Under the pieces are notes generated by a model. That model was not told the origin of the DNA. It made no database searches and saw only the letters and a list, made by a program, of their open reading frames with translations. A stretch of DNA of 64,000 nt, taken from NCBI GenBank assembly GCA_039815185.1, contig JBCBZT010000023.1, positions 55,672-119,671 on the forward strand, given 5' to 3'. The DNA is from Cyanobacteria bacterium P01_A01_bin.123 (GTDB lineage: Bacteria; Cyanobacteriota; Cyanobacteriia; Phormidesmidales; Phormidesmidaceae). The position numbers and the translations under genes were made by a program. This document shows, piece by piece, positions 1 to 9,919 of this stretch (position 1 is the first letter of the stretch; each line of letters begins with the position of its first letter).

Positions 1-36
1 TAATCTTTCATCTCAATTTTTTTGCCTCGACTAGAA

Positions 37-46
37 TGAACGTTCA
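37..46. promoter_or_regulatory. Palindrome TGAACGTTCA upstream of SDR gene, possible repressor operator
   Basis: Perfect 10-bp palindrome 20-50 bp before the candidate starts; no cognate regulator identified. Confidence 0.3.
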
Positions 47-88
47 ATTTGTGTTTTAAGCTCAATGACTCAATCAATGGAGACCCTC

Positions 89-868
89 ATGGCAAATACG
101 GCATTAGTGACTGGCGCATCGAGCGGAATTGGCAAAGAGTTGGCCCGGCTACATGCGCGCAAGGGCGGGGATTTGGTGCTAGTGGCCCGGCGTAAGGCGG
201 CGCTCAATGACCTGAAAGCTGAGCTGGAGCATGCCTATGGTATCCAAGCCATGGTGATTGCGGCAGATTTAGCCCAACCCGATGCGGCCCGGCAAATCTT
301 TGCGGCCACAGAAGCCGCCAACGTTCAAGTGGATGTCTTGATAAACAATGCGGGCTTTGGCGGCTATGGCAAGTTCCATGAGCGGGACTTAGCCAAAGAC
401 CAAGCCATGATGCAGGTGAATATGGTGTCGCTGGTGAACCTGACGCATTTGTATTTGCAGGGAATGGTGCAGCGCAACAGCGGCAAGATTTTGCATGTGG
501 CTTCTACCGCCGCATTTTTGCCAGGGCCTTTGCAGGCGATTTACTATGCCACCAAATCATTTGTGCTGTCATTTTCTCAGGCGATCGCCCAAGAACTTTC
601 TGAAACCAATGTGACTTCAACCGTGCTCTGCCCAGGGGCGGTGGCCACAGGATTTGTGGCCGCTGGAGACTTAGAAGGCAATGAACTATGGGAGAACGCG
701 GCTACTCCAGAATCTGTGGCTGAGTGTGGCTACACGGCCATGGAAAAAGGTGAGCTGGTGAAAATTAACGAGCGCCGCTTGGGCTTTCTGTTGAATTGGA
801 TTATTCCCTTCTTACCCAGAAAAATGGTGCTGAAGATGTCGCAACAGTCCATGGAAAAAAGTCATTAG
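89..868 (+). CDS. Classical short-chain dehydrogenase/reductase
   Basis: TGASSGIG, NNAG, catalytic YYATK; start at 89 (MANTALV) or 65. Confidence 0.9.
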   Translation: MANTALVTGASSGIGKELARLHARKGGDLVLVARRKAALNDLKAELEHAYGIQAMVIAADLAQPDAARQIFAATEAANVQVDVLINNAGFGGYGKFHERDLAKDQAMMQVNMVSLVNLTHLYLQGMVQRNSGKILHVASTAAFLPGPLQAIYYATKSFVLSFSQAIAQELSETNVTSTVLCPGAVATGFVAAGDLEGNELWENAATPESVAECGYTAMEKGELVKINERRLGFLLNWIIPFLPRKMVLKMSQQSMEKSH

Positions 869-903
869 ACATTGCCATTAGCTGTTCACTGGGACTTCAC
901 CTA

Positions 904-2079
904 TCAGGTTGTCTTCCCAACCGTAACCAAATATAGGGCAGCTTCCTCCGCTCCATCGATATCGAGTAACTGATTGAGCGGATCGTCGAAAAATGCCCCG
1001 ATGCTGCATACGCCAAGGCCCAACGCCGTGGCTGCTAGATAAAGGTTTTGGCCCAGATGCCCGGCTTCCATCAGCACATAACGGTAGGTGCGCTCATGAT
1101 ATTTCCAGCGGGTGCGCTGAAAAATGCCGGATACGACAAAACACACATTGGCTTCTCCTAAGAATTCTTGGTTGAGTCCTGCTTGAATCAGCGGTTGGCG
1201 TAAGTCCCCAGCCTTCACCAGTTCTAGTTTGTGGTGTTCGATAGCGTGGTGGTATAGCCCAGGTTCTAAGCCTTCAACGTGATTAATAATCGGGTAAATC
1301 TCCAGGGGATATAGGGCACCAGAAGACGGTACGGTGCGGAAGTCTCGTTCATCCCAGGTGATGCCTTGGGCCAGGTGTAAGACCTGGGATAGGTGGGCTA
1401 AAGATAAGGTGCTGTTTGTGTTGTAGTTGCGGCGTGATCGCCGTTGGGTAAGCGTGGTGACGAGATCGGGTATTGTGCCGCCGTTTACGGTAGATGGGTT
1501 GATTCCTGGATCTGGGAGATCAATCTGTTGTGCGTTCGGATAGGTCTTGTAGAGGGATGGCTTACTGCCCCAGTTGAGTAGAGTGCCAATCGTTTCTGCA
1601 TATCCGGGCTGACTCCACCGGTGATAGAGCAGGCCAAGGTCTGGTTCCGCGTCGGATAATTCCAAGCTTTCACGTGGCGTGATCAAGCGATTGAAGCCAA
1701 TGCCGGTCGCGATCGCGAGAATAGCCAGCACAATATAGCGCCGCCCGGTAAGTTTTGGGCTGGCAGCTTTGACCGGGGCTGGACCGATTGCTGAAGTAAC
1801 TGTTGTTTGGGGAAGTGTTGTTTGTGGAAGGGGTTTACTGATGCGATCGCTTGGGTTTTCAGCCCTGGTACGAAACCGATTGCGGACAAACGCTTTGACC
1901 CTAACCCAGGTCTGGATCAAATGGGCCACAGCTAAAGACATCCAAAGGTACCCGACCTGGCTGTGAAATCCGAAGTGATGCAGGCCCATCGTATCTGCAA
2001 TCAGGCCCGTAATAAACACATAGATGCTGCTACCCACCAACAAAACGATCACGACGTAGTCGAGATCACGTCGTTTCAT
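904..2079 (-). CDS. SagB/ThcOx-type nitroreductase-family flavoprotein with N-terminal membrane domain
   Basis: RRSRRNY, RTVPSSGALYPLEIY, RYVLMEAGHLGQNLYL, IGAFFDD; three hydrophobic N-terminal segments; GGAGG RBS before ATG at 2079. Confidence 0.88.
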   Translation of the reverse strand: MKRRDLDYVVIVLLVGSSIYVFITGLIADTMGLHHFGFHSQVGYLWMSLAVAHLIQTWVRVKAFVRNRFRTRAENPSDRISKPLPQTTLPQTTVTSAIGPAPVKAASPKLTGRRYIVLAILAIATGIGFNRLITPRESLELSDAEPDLGLLYHRWSQPGYAETIGTLLNWGSKPSLYKTYPNAQQIDLPDPGINPSTVNGGTIPDLVTTLTQRRSRRNYNTNSTLSLAHLSQVLHLAQGITWDERDFRTVPSSGALYPLEIYPIINHVEGLEPGLYHHAIEHHKLELVKAGDLRQPLIQAGLNQEFLGEANVCFVVSGIFQRTRWKYHERTYRYVLMEAGHLGQNLYLAATALGLGVCSIGAFFDDPLNQLLDIDGAEEAALYLVTVGKTT

Positions 2080-2333
2080 ATTGCCTCCAGGGACTTTCGC
2101 CCCGTTTACCCAGACTTTCACATCATAGCCAAATGGCTACAAGGTTAGAGTCCAGGAGGCAACCTTAACTAGGCTGCAACCACAGCTCGATAGCGTGCCT
2201 TACCATCCCGAACCTGTTGAATAGCTTGATTGATATCTTTCATTGCAAACTGTTCGCACATCGGCGTGATGTTGTGGGTAAAGAGCAATTTTGATCGGGT
2301 TGATCGATAACACTCTAGAAGTGCAATTAGTTT

Positions 2334-3278
2334 TTATACAATCGCTAAAACAGCCTTACCTTCAAATTTTCGATCCAGTAAATCCTGGGCATAGCGGGGT
2401 GTTTCTGACCAATCTGCCTCAATGATGTTTGGAACTGTCAACTTTTGATCTGCGACAAGCCGCAACAGTCTTGCTAACGCCATAGAAGAGGGCTGCAATT
2501 CGACCTCGGTGTAGAGGGTGAGCCCATAGATAGTACGCTGGCCCCCGTTGCCGAAAAGCGCTGGATAGGAAGAAAATTGGAGATCATAGCCACTTGATGC
2601 GCCGTAACTGACCAAGATTCCACCTTTTGCTGTGTTTTCTAGCAACTTACCAAATAGCGAACCCCCCACCCCATCGACAACTAGGCGATAAGGCCCTTCA
2701 GTGTTCAATCCAGTGCCGTCGGTGGTCACAACCACAGCATCAGCACCCAGAGTATGGGCAAAATCTACCTGCTCCGGCTTGCGAACTTGAGCCACAACCC
2801 GCGCTCCGCTGAGTTTAGCTAACTGCAAGGCAAAAGAGCCAACGCCTCCGGTGATGCCGTTGACCAGTACTGCACTGCCAACCAAGCGAGTTCCTTTGTC
2901 AATCGCTGCTAAAGCTGTTAAGCCAGCGACAGGTAGGGTGGCAGCTTGGGCATCTGAGACACTGTCAGGAATCGGTGCAAGATAGTTAGGATCACCGATC
3001 ACATATTCGGCAAAAGCATCCATTTCCGGTCTCCAGCCAACCACCCTTGTCCCTGTTGGAGGGCCATTACCATCGGCTGCAGATTGGAAGATGGTGCCGA
3101 CGTAATCCCAGCCAATCGATCTCCCTTTTTCGGCGTTTTGGGCGGCTGCTATCTCTCCCCGATTAAGCGAAAAATGGGTTACCTTGACCAAATTTTGATG
3201 AGGCAGCGGTTGGGGGTCTTGCGTCTCGCTGAACGTGAGTAAACTGGTCTGGCTAGCGTCTATGATGATGCGTTTCAT
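2334..3278 (-). CDS. MDR-superfamily quinone oxidoreductase-like protein
   Basis: SLNRGE, AATLPVAGLTA, GITGGVG nucleotide-binding loop, C-terminal GKAVL. Confidence 0.85.
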   Translation of the reverse strand: MKRIIIDASQTSLLTFSETQDPQPLPHQNLVKVTHFSLNRGEIAAAQNAEKGRSIGWDYVGTIFQSAADGNGPPTGTRVVGWRPEMDAFAEYVIGDPNYLAPIPDSVSDAQAATLPVAGLTALAAIDKGTRLVGSAVLVNGITGGVGSFALQLAKLSGARVVAQVRKPEQVDFAHTLGADAVVVTTDGTGLNTEGPYRLVVDGVGGSLFGKLLENTAKGGILVSYGASSGYDLQFSSYPALFGNGGQRTIYGLTLYTEVELQPSSMALARLLRLVADQKLTVPNIIEADWSETPRYAQDLLDRKFEGKAVLAIV

Positions 3279-3325
3279 ATCTATGTTCTTTTGATGATTG
3301 AAGAGAGATCCTGGATCATGAATGC

Positions 3326-3616
3326 TTACTGTGCAAATAACTCTGCCAGGCCTGTGTAAGGCTTGAGGGAAATAACCTCACAGGTTAGAACACCTGCTTT
3401 GACCATGGGCAATTTTTGCAGCTCTGCTTCAACTGCTTCAAGACTGGACATATCCCAAACCATGACAGCACCGCTCATGTCAGCGATGTAATATACAGCG
3501 CGGAGCTTTTCGGTGGCGTAAGCATCCCAGACCTGAGCGGCTTCTGGCTTCACCAATGGCAAGACTTGTTCGGTGGGTGTGCCTGTTGCAATACGGCCAA
3601 TCACTAAAACTTGCAT
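3326..3616 (-). CDS. Small muconolactone-isomerase-like / dimeric alpha-beta barrel protein
   Basis: 96 aa; EAAQVW...GAVMVW...LQKLPMVKAGVL...LKPY pattern; AAGGGAG RBS. Confidence 0.6.
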   Translation of the reverse strand: MQVLVIGRIATGTPTEQVLPLVKPEAAQVWDAYATEKLRAVYYIADMSGAVMVWDMSSLEAVEAELQKLPMVKAGVLTCEVISLKPYTGLAELFAQ

Positions 3617-4032
3617 CGTTGAGGCTCCCTTAGAAGTGTTGACCGACTCATGCATCTTCTAGGCTTTTGGTGGAACAACTAGAGATGACAACATGAACAT
3701 TGATCTCTCAGCCTGTTTTTGCAATGCCCTAAGGACAGTTGTAGTGTGTCGTAAAGCCCATCATAAAATAATCAAAACGCCCGATTTTTACCTGATGAAA
3801 CATTCAAGGTTAGTATCAACCCAAGTCAACATATTTGGGATGAAAATTAGGTGTTTAAGTCGGAGAGATTTAGCTTGATTTTCTCATGCTTGATCTTCGA
3901 TCAAAATAATAAAATAAGAAACGGTATAAGCAGTTTAAGCATGTATTTGTACACTAATAACGACCCGCAAATTTGTCAAATAAATATGATAGATAGCTGG
4001 TATTGATACAGCCGATTTGGAACTTTCCTGCC

Positions 4033-4998
4033 GTGACAATTGACTACACCAGGCTCCGTAAACTCGACCTCAACCTGTTGCTTGCGCTCGATGTCTTAAT
4101 TGAAGAGGCCAGTGTGACTAGGGCGGCAGAGAAGTTGAACCTGAGCCAGTCTTCGATGAGTCATTCGCTGAAACGATTGCGATCGCTGTTGGATGATCCC
4201 ATCTTGGTTCGCACGTCGCGAGACATGGAGGTTACGCCCTATGCTCGTGAAATGAGGATTGCGATTCGTCAGGTGCTTACAGATATTCAGAGCATGCTAT
4301 TTGAAAGGGAAGCTTTTAACGCCAGAACAGCCCGTGAGGATTTTCGGATTGCTGCCAGTGATTATGTTGAAGCTACTCTAGGGGGTGATCTCCTACAGAA
4401 TCTGAGAAACCAGGCTCCCGGCATCCGGATCCGCATCAGCAACATTGATCGTGCTGCTGTATTAGAGGGGTTAGACAACGACAGCATTGATCTATTTATT
4501 GATGTTGATCTCCCGCATAAAGGCTGGCATGTCAAGCAGGATTTGTATCAAGAGGAATTTGTTTGTGTGGTGAGTCGTGTACAAGCTGGTGGGCAAGGCG
4601 ATCGCGAAAGCGGCTCCTCTGCATTGGACAATCGCACGACCGATGAACTATCGCTTTCAGACTATCTCGCGCGATCGCATGTTTTGGTATCCATGCGAGA
4701 TGATTTTCAAGGGAAAGCAGACCTCATTCTGGCGCAACAGCAGCAAACGAGAACTGTGGTTTGGTCAACTGCTCACTTCATGGCGGTTCCTTTTTTAATC
4801 GAAAATTCCGACTGTGTGGCATTACTCCCAAGACGGTTGGCTCAAAAGTGTGCCCAATCGATGGGATTACAGTTACTGCCACCCCCCATTGACATAACTG
4901 GGTTCACAGTTTCAATGTTTTGGCATCAACGCAACACGAATCTGCCACAACATCAATGGTTACGCAATCAGGTTATGGAATCAGCCCAGATGCTTTAA
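4033..4998 (+). CDS. LysR-family regulator (NodD/LeuO-like)
   Basis: DLNLL...SVTRAAEKLNLSQSSMSHSLKRLR HTH; divergent from the oxidoreductase pair; start uncertain (4003 TTG or 4033 GTG). Confidence 0.92.
   Translation: MTIDYTRLRKLDLNLLLALDVLIEEASVTRAAEKLNLSQSSMSHSLKRLRSLLDDPILVRTSRDMEVTPYAREMRIAIRQVLTDIQSMLFEREAFNARTAREDFRIAASDYVEATLGGDLLQNLRNQAPGIRIRISNIDRAAVLEGLDNDSIDLFIDVDLPHKGWHVKQDLYQEEFVCVVSRVQAGGQGDRESGSSALDNRTTDELSLSDYLARSHVLVSMRDDFQGKADLILAQQQQTRTVVWSTAHFMAVPFLIENSDCVALLPRRLAQKCAQSMGLQLLPPPIDITGFTVSMFWHQRNTNLPQHQWLRNQVMESAQML
4601..4630. mobile_element. Candidate 30-nt in-frame small dispersed repeat within a HIP1 site
   Basis: GCG|ATCGCGAAAGCGGCTCCTCTGCATTGGACA|ATCGC; hairpins CGC-GAAA-GCG and TCC..GGA; removing it restores GCGATCGC in frame. 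Confidence 0.45.
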
Positions 4999-5089
4999 CC
5001 GACCTGCCAGCACGCCATCATCAACAGGCAACACCATCATCCAAGCGGTGTCCTCAGATGCCAAAAATAACAGCCTTTCTTCCAGCTCT

Positions 5090-5680
5090 TTAGATCAAGT
5101 AGAACTGAACAAAGACGACTAAGAACAAAACATTGCTAAAAATGAGCAGGCCTTTGGTGAGTGGAGATTGCAACAACCGAAACACATACACACTCGTCAC
5201 CAATGCCAACCCCAACTCAAAAATTACAAAAATATCCCCATTATGGGCTGGATCCCAATAGGAAATCGGACTCTCAAACCGATAGTTTGTTAATGGCCAG
5301 AAATGACGATGGGCATCTTCTCGGTGTACGGGTAAATCTGCTAAACAGTGCATCACGATGCTGAAACAACACAGTGCTGCTGCCATGCCCAGGGCTCGAT
5401 ATCGCTGCTGACGGCTGAGCCACAGCCCAAGACCCACCCCTAATAGCGCTAATGGAATCGAATTCCAAAAATCGAACAGGTTTTGCCAAAAAGGCTCATA
5501 GTAAGCCTCACCCCAAATCTGCGATTCGGACATATCCGTTGCGAGCTTGCCCCAACCATAGAAGACAAACATCGCCAAGTCAGGTATGAGCCCACCCCAA
5601 ATAATTGGCCCGTTCCACTCGGGGCGAGACTTACGGCCCAGAATGGCAAGATTCAGAATGGCATGGGTCGGTGTATTCAT
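5090..5680 (-). CDS. Membrane protein, putative metal-dependent hydrolase (YdjM-like motifs)
   Basis: N-terminal TPTH, GGLIPDL, HCLADLPVH..DAHRHFWP; several TM segments. Confidence 0.6.
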   Translation of the reverse strand: MNTPTHAILNLAILGRKSRPEWNGPIIWGGLIPDLAMFVFYGWGKLATDMSESQIWGEAYYEPFWQNLFDFWNSIPLALLGVGLGLWLSRQQRYRALGMAAALCCFSIVMHCLADLPVHREDAHRHFWPLTNYRFESPISYWDPAHNGDIFVIFELGLALVTSVYVFRLLQSPLTKGLLIFSNVLFLVVFVQFYLI

Positions 5681-5779
5681 AACCCTTATGCTACCGCGCC
5701 CAATGATTGCAGGGTCGCTTTTTGAGCTACCGTCAGGCCCACTATGCCGTCAATCTTCATGACTTAGCAGCTATAGGCC

Positions 5780-7378
5780 CTAACGCCGAGTCGGTGCAAG
5801 ATTTTGGTGCATCGGTCGTTCAATCATCAGAGCCGCCATTGCCGCACTGGCGATCGCCAGTGCAACAGCAATTCCCATCACCACTCGAAAGCCATCAACA
5901 AAGGCGATCGCGATCGCCTGTTCCACTGCCTGATTCATGGCATTGCTCAAGCCGGGCGGAACTGCTGTGGCAGCTAAATTAATAGACTGGGCAGCTAAAG
6001 ACTGTCGCGCTGATGAGGGTAAATCCAGTGGTGCGAGGCGGGCTGCAAGGCTAGATGAAAATACCGTCAGCATGACGATGCCTAAAATCGCGATCGCCAG
6101 CAAACTCGCTACCCGCGAAACCGCATTATTGATGCCAGAAGCGGTGCCCGCATAACGGGTTTCAACCGCTTCCATCACGGTGGTTGTCAACGGAGCAACG
6201 CTAATGGCCATGCCCAAACCCAGCACCACAATCGCCGGAAAAAACGTAATCCAGTAGCTGCCGCCCACCTGGGGAATCATCATCAGGCCGAAGCCAATTG
6301 CCGCGATCGCTGGACCAATGATCAGCGGTCTACGCGCACCATACTGACTCACCAAGCCCCCCGACCAACGCGATAAGAAAAACATAATCACCGGAAACGG
6401 CACTAAAGCCGCCCCTGCCCCTGTTGCTGAATAGTCTTGTACCTGAATCAAGTTAAACGGCAGAAAAAACAGCACCCCTCCCAAAGCCGCATACAGCAAA
6501 AACGTCAATACATTAGCCCCAGCAAAGGTTTGCGAGTGAAACAACGACAACGGCATCATCGGATTAGCCGTCTGTGCTTCAACCCGCAAAAAAGCGACTA
6601 AGAGAAGCACACCGATTGCAATCGACCCTAAAATCCAAGGATTGCCAAGCCCCAAATTTGCCGATTCCAGCAATCCAAAAACAACACTCCCCAGGCCAAG
6701 CACCACTAAAAAAGCCCCCCAGCGATCCAGGTGCTTCGCAGCCCCCTCGTCTCGACTTTCCGGCACTCGCCCCAGGCTAATGCCAAGGATGACCAGGGCT
6801 AAAGGCACGTTCATCCAAAAGATCCAACGCCAAGATAGTGTCTCAATCAGCCACCCCCCCAGTACGGGGCCAATTGCAGAAGTAATTGCCGTAAAGCCCG
6901 ACCACAAACCAATCGCCCGACCTCGATCAGCCGCCGGAAAAGACGCACTAATGATGGCCAGGCTACCCGGAATCAAAAGTGCCCCGCCAATGCCCTGAAT
7001 GCCTCTAGCCCAGACAAGTTGGGTGATATCGGCTGCTAAGCCACAGCCAGCCGACGCGATCGCAAATAGAGCCACCCCCAACACAAAGATACGTCGCCGT
7101 CCGAAGCGATCGCCCAACGACCCACCGACTAAAATCAGCGCCCCTAAAAGCAGGGCATACGCTTCTACAATCCACTGCACATCTGAGACCGTTGCATTCA
7201 GTTGGCTTTGTAGCGTCGGTAAGGCCACATTGACCACTGTGCTACTGATGAACGCCATGCTTGAGCCCAAAATCGTTGCGGCAAGCACCCAAGGCCGTGC
7301 CTGCTGCTGACAGGGGATTTTACAAGGCTGAGCGAGAATCACGCCTGCATCACAGGGTTGTCGAATAATGTTGGCCAC
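5780..7378 (-). CDS. MFS drug:H+ antiporter (DHA2-type, about 14 TM)
   Basis: GSLGDRFGRRR motif A, GPVLGGWL, WRWIFWMNVP; GTG start at 7378 with AAAGGA RBS, overlapping the NB-ARC stop. Confidence 0.9.
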   Translation of the reverse strand: MANIIRQPCDAGVILAQPCKIPCQQQARPWVLAATILGSSMAFISSTVVNVALPTLQSQLNATVSDVQWIVEAYALLLGALILVGGSLGDRFGRRRIFVLGVALFAIASAGCGLAADITQLVWARGIQGIGGALLIPGSLAIISASFPAADRGRAIGLWSGFTAITSAIGPVLGGWLIETLSWRWIFWMNVPLALVILGISLGRVPESRDEGAAKHLDRWGAFLVVLGLGSVVFGLLESANLGLGNPWILGSIAIGVLLLVAFLRVEAQTANPMMPLSLFHSQTFAGANVLTFLLYAALGGVLFFLPFNLIQVQDYSATGAGAALVPFPVIMFFLSRWSGGLVSQYGARRPLIIGPAIAAIGFGLMMIPQVGGSYWITFFPAIVVLGLGMAISVAPLTTTVMEAVETRYAGTASGINNAVSRVASLLAIAILGIVMLTVFSSSLAARLAPLDLPSSARQSLAAQSINLAATAVPPGLSNAMNQAVEQAIAIAFVDGFRVVMGIAVALAIASAAMAALMIERPMHQNLAPTRR

Positions 7379-9758
7379 TTTGAATCCTTTTGAGTTGGGC
7401 AGGGGCTTGAATTTGAGTGAATAAGGCGATCGCGCGATCGCCTGCCTTTCCCGCTGCATCTGTTTGACCGATTTGCTGATAAGTCAGGGCAAGCTGAAAA
7501 TAAGCATCTGCTAAGTCACATTTCGCGCCAATGTCTTCCAGCAGCTCAATCGCTTGTTGGTGCAGGGCAAGTGCCGTTTGATATTGTCCCTGAGTCCGCT
7601 CAATTTCTGCTAGCCCTTTGAGAGCATTGGCCTTGACTTGAATGTAGTGGCTGGTTTCGGCAAAAGCGATCGCGGTTTGGTAAAGTTCCACACTGGTAGA
7701 CGTTTCCCCCAGCAGCGCATAGGTTTGCCCCAGCCGCTGAATAAAGTAGGCAAAGCGACCGCTTTGTGCGGGTGGTGCAGCACTTAAAAACGTGTGTTTG
7801 GCTTCTGCTGCTAGGGTCAGTGCCATTTGTGTTTCCCTCAGGTAGGCTTTGACCAGGGCGAGGCCGACGGTGGCTTTTTCGGCCCATCGGTAATGGCGGG
7901 TGCCTTGGGCCAGGTCAATCACATCGTTGAACAGTTGAGCTGCAGTGTCGAGTTCCCAAAGATCGAGGTGATATAGCCCCAGACTGAGCAGTGAATCAAC
8001 CTCTAACATCCGGAAATAATAGTGCTGGCGTTGATTGTCTGGGTGATCTGCTAGCGATTGTAGACAAGCCTGGGCTGTTTGGATAACGTGCTGCTGATCT
8101 GCGATCGCAGTGTGAATCTGCCCCGTAATCCAGTGCAGATCGCCCAAGATATTTTGCAGCTCGCTGGTTTGTTGGGGGTTATTGAGATGATCGAGAATGG
8201 CCGCGATCGCCTCCAAAACGGGCTGGACCAATCCCATGCGATACAAACTGCTGGCCAGGGGTAAAAACTGCTGCCACCGATTATCTCGACTTTGAAGCAA
8301 AACCGCCGCCGCCGCTTCGTAGTCAGCGATGGCGCAGTAGTGATAATAGGCTTCTAGGGCTTGCAGGGCGTCCTGCCTTTGGGTGATGCGAGAGACCCGC
8401 GTGCTCCAAAATTCTGCTGCTTTGCGATTTGTGATGATCCAATCGGGGGAAGGGCGCAGCCGGGCGATCGCCGCAGCCCGAATCACCGGATGTAACCAGT
8501 ATTCACCCTTGTGAAAGTCCACGAAGGAACGATTCCGCAAAGAAGTAAGCAGCCCTCGTTGCTTGTCTGACGGGACGTCCCACAAGAGGGCAAATAAAGC
8601 CGCTTTGCTCAGCGTGGCGATCGCTTGATAGCGGTAGCAACCCAAGCGGTAAAACAGGCGATGGGCATCAGGGTCGAGGGTGGCTAATCGGTTGACCTGG
8701 CTGATGACCAAATTATTTAAGTCAGTCACGCCCAAGGGATGATCGTAAAACTCTTGCCAGTAGGCAACCATATCCCCCTCAAAATCGGTTTGTATCGCGC
8801 CGCAAAGTAGTCCCATAGCTTTGGCGTTACCCCCATAGGCTTGGTGCATGGCGTTGAGGGTAGGGCGGTGAATCGCAACGCCTCGCAGGCGGTAAAAATC
8901 CTGCCAGGCTGCTGATGTGAGCCCCGGTAATCGAAAATGTTCGGTTGGGATGCTGGGTTCACAGAGGCGATCGCGGCTGGTCATCAATGTTACGGATTGA
9001 ATGCGACGATCGGCCAACACGCGCATCAGTTCCACATAGCGGCTATGGGGGGCAATGAATTTACCCGCAGCATCTAGGGCGGGTTCTAAGTTGTCAATCA
9101 AAATGCCAATGGGGCGTTGGTGCAGTTGACGTTTAAGACGCGCCAGGCTGACGCCAAACTCCCGCCCCGGCTCAGTGTCAAAATCTTGCCGCAGCCATTC
9201 TTCCACGACCCGATCGACGGCAACAATATCCTGAGGTTCTTGGGCCATCAGCAGTTCTAAGACCACTTCAAACTGCTGGGTTTGAAAGTAGTGTTGGGCG
9301 AGCGTAGTCTTGCCAATGCCGCCTTCCCCCTGGATGACGATCAGCTTATGACCCTGGTTGACTAAGGTGTTGATGGCCGCTATCGCGGCGTCTCGACCCA
9401 CAAAGTTGGGATCATTGGCTGTAGCAGGAGCTGGCGGGGCGACTGTTGTCCCGGGCTTATCCTGGTGCAACTTGGGAGCCAGTGGGGGTGGCAGGGTGGC
9501 ATAAAGGTATCGTTCTACCGCTGTCCGAAAGCTATGCTTACCGACTTTTTCACCCAGGGATTGCGATAGCTGATGCCAAAGCTCGGCGGCCACATCTTTC
9601 ACATGGCCTTCAGTACAGCCATAAGCATCAGCAATTTCAAAATATTTTCGCCCCTGCCAGACTTGATCTACGATGGTTCGCTGCAAATCATTCAGGGGTT
9701 TACCGGTTGCTGCGAATAGTAATTTATCTGCCAGGTTTAGGACGATCTCTACACCCAT
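7350..9758 (-). CDS. STAND NTPase: N-terminal HTH-like domain + NB-ARC/AAA + TPR repeats
   Basis: LNDLQRTIV..W.G.KY.EIA..YGCTEGHVKDVA..LW HTH-like N-terminus; FVGR, Walker A GEGGIGKT, Walker B LIDNLE, TSR, LHPVIR; C-terminal TPR-like helices. Confidence 0.88.
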   Translation of the reverse strand: MGVEIVLNLADKLLFAATGKPLNDLQRTIVDQVWQGRKYFEIADAYGCTEGHVKDVAAELWHQLSQSLGEKVGKHSFRTAVERYLYATLPPPLAPKLHQDKPGTTVAPPAPATANDPNFVGRDAAIAAINTLVNQGHKLIVIQGEGGIGKTTLAQHYFQTQQFEVVLELLMAQEPQDIVAVDRVVEEWLRQDFDTEPGREFGVSLARLKRQLHQRPIGILIDNLEPALDAAGKFIAPHSRYVELMRVLADRRIQSVTLMTSRDRLCEPSIPTEHFRLPGLTSAAWQDFYRLRGVAIHRPTLNAMHQAYGGNAKAMGLLCGAIQTDFEGDMVAYWQEFYDHPLGVTDLNNLVISQVNRLATLDPDAHRLFYRLGCYRYQAIATLSKAALFALLWDVPSDKQRGLLTSLRNRSFVDFHKGEYWLHPVIRAAAIARLRPSPDWIITNRKAAEFWSTRVSRITQRQDALQALEAYYHYCAIADYEAAAAVLLQSRDNRWQQFLPLASSLYRMGLVQPVLEAIAAILDHLNNPQQTSELQNILGDLHWITGQIHTAIADQQHVIQTAQACLQSLADHPDNQRQHYYFRMLEVDSLLSLGLYHLDLWELDTAAQLFNDVIDLAQGTRHYRWAEKATVGLALVKAYLRETQMALTLAAEAKHTFLSAAPPAQSGRFAYFIQRLGQTYALLGETSTSVELYQTAIAFAETSHYIQVKANALKGLAEIERTQGQYQTALALHQQAIELLEDIGAKCDLADAYFQLALTYQQIGQTDAAGKAGDRAIALFTQIQAPAQLKRIQSGQHYSTTL

Positions 9759-9919
9759 CGATCGCTTCAGGGAAACCACAATCCTCGTTCAAGCCGTGCT
9801 CAACTTTAGCCTACCCGCTCTCTGCTAAACCATGTCCAACTCGGGAAGGGGCTTGTTCTGATTAACAAAACGCCTGTTCTGGACGTGGAAACGGTGTAGA
9901 GAGCAGATCCAGTCGAGAC

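Noticed and set aside
904..2079. TOMM/azole RiPP cluster implied by the SagB domain
   Set aside because: No YcaO/cyclodehydratase, precursor peptide or protease in view; stand-alone SagB-like genes are common
3890..3904. TTGAT-CTTCG-ATCAA as an FNR box
   Set aside because: 5-bp spacer instead of 4; may be a site for another regulator
7350..9758. Avs-type anti-phage STAND system
   Set aside because: N-terminus looks like an HTH, not a nuclease, TIR or Sir2 effector, and the context is a divergent promoter; not fully excluded
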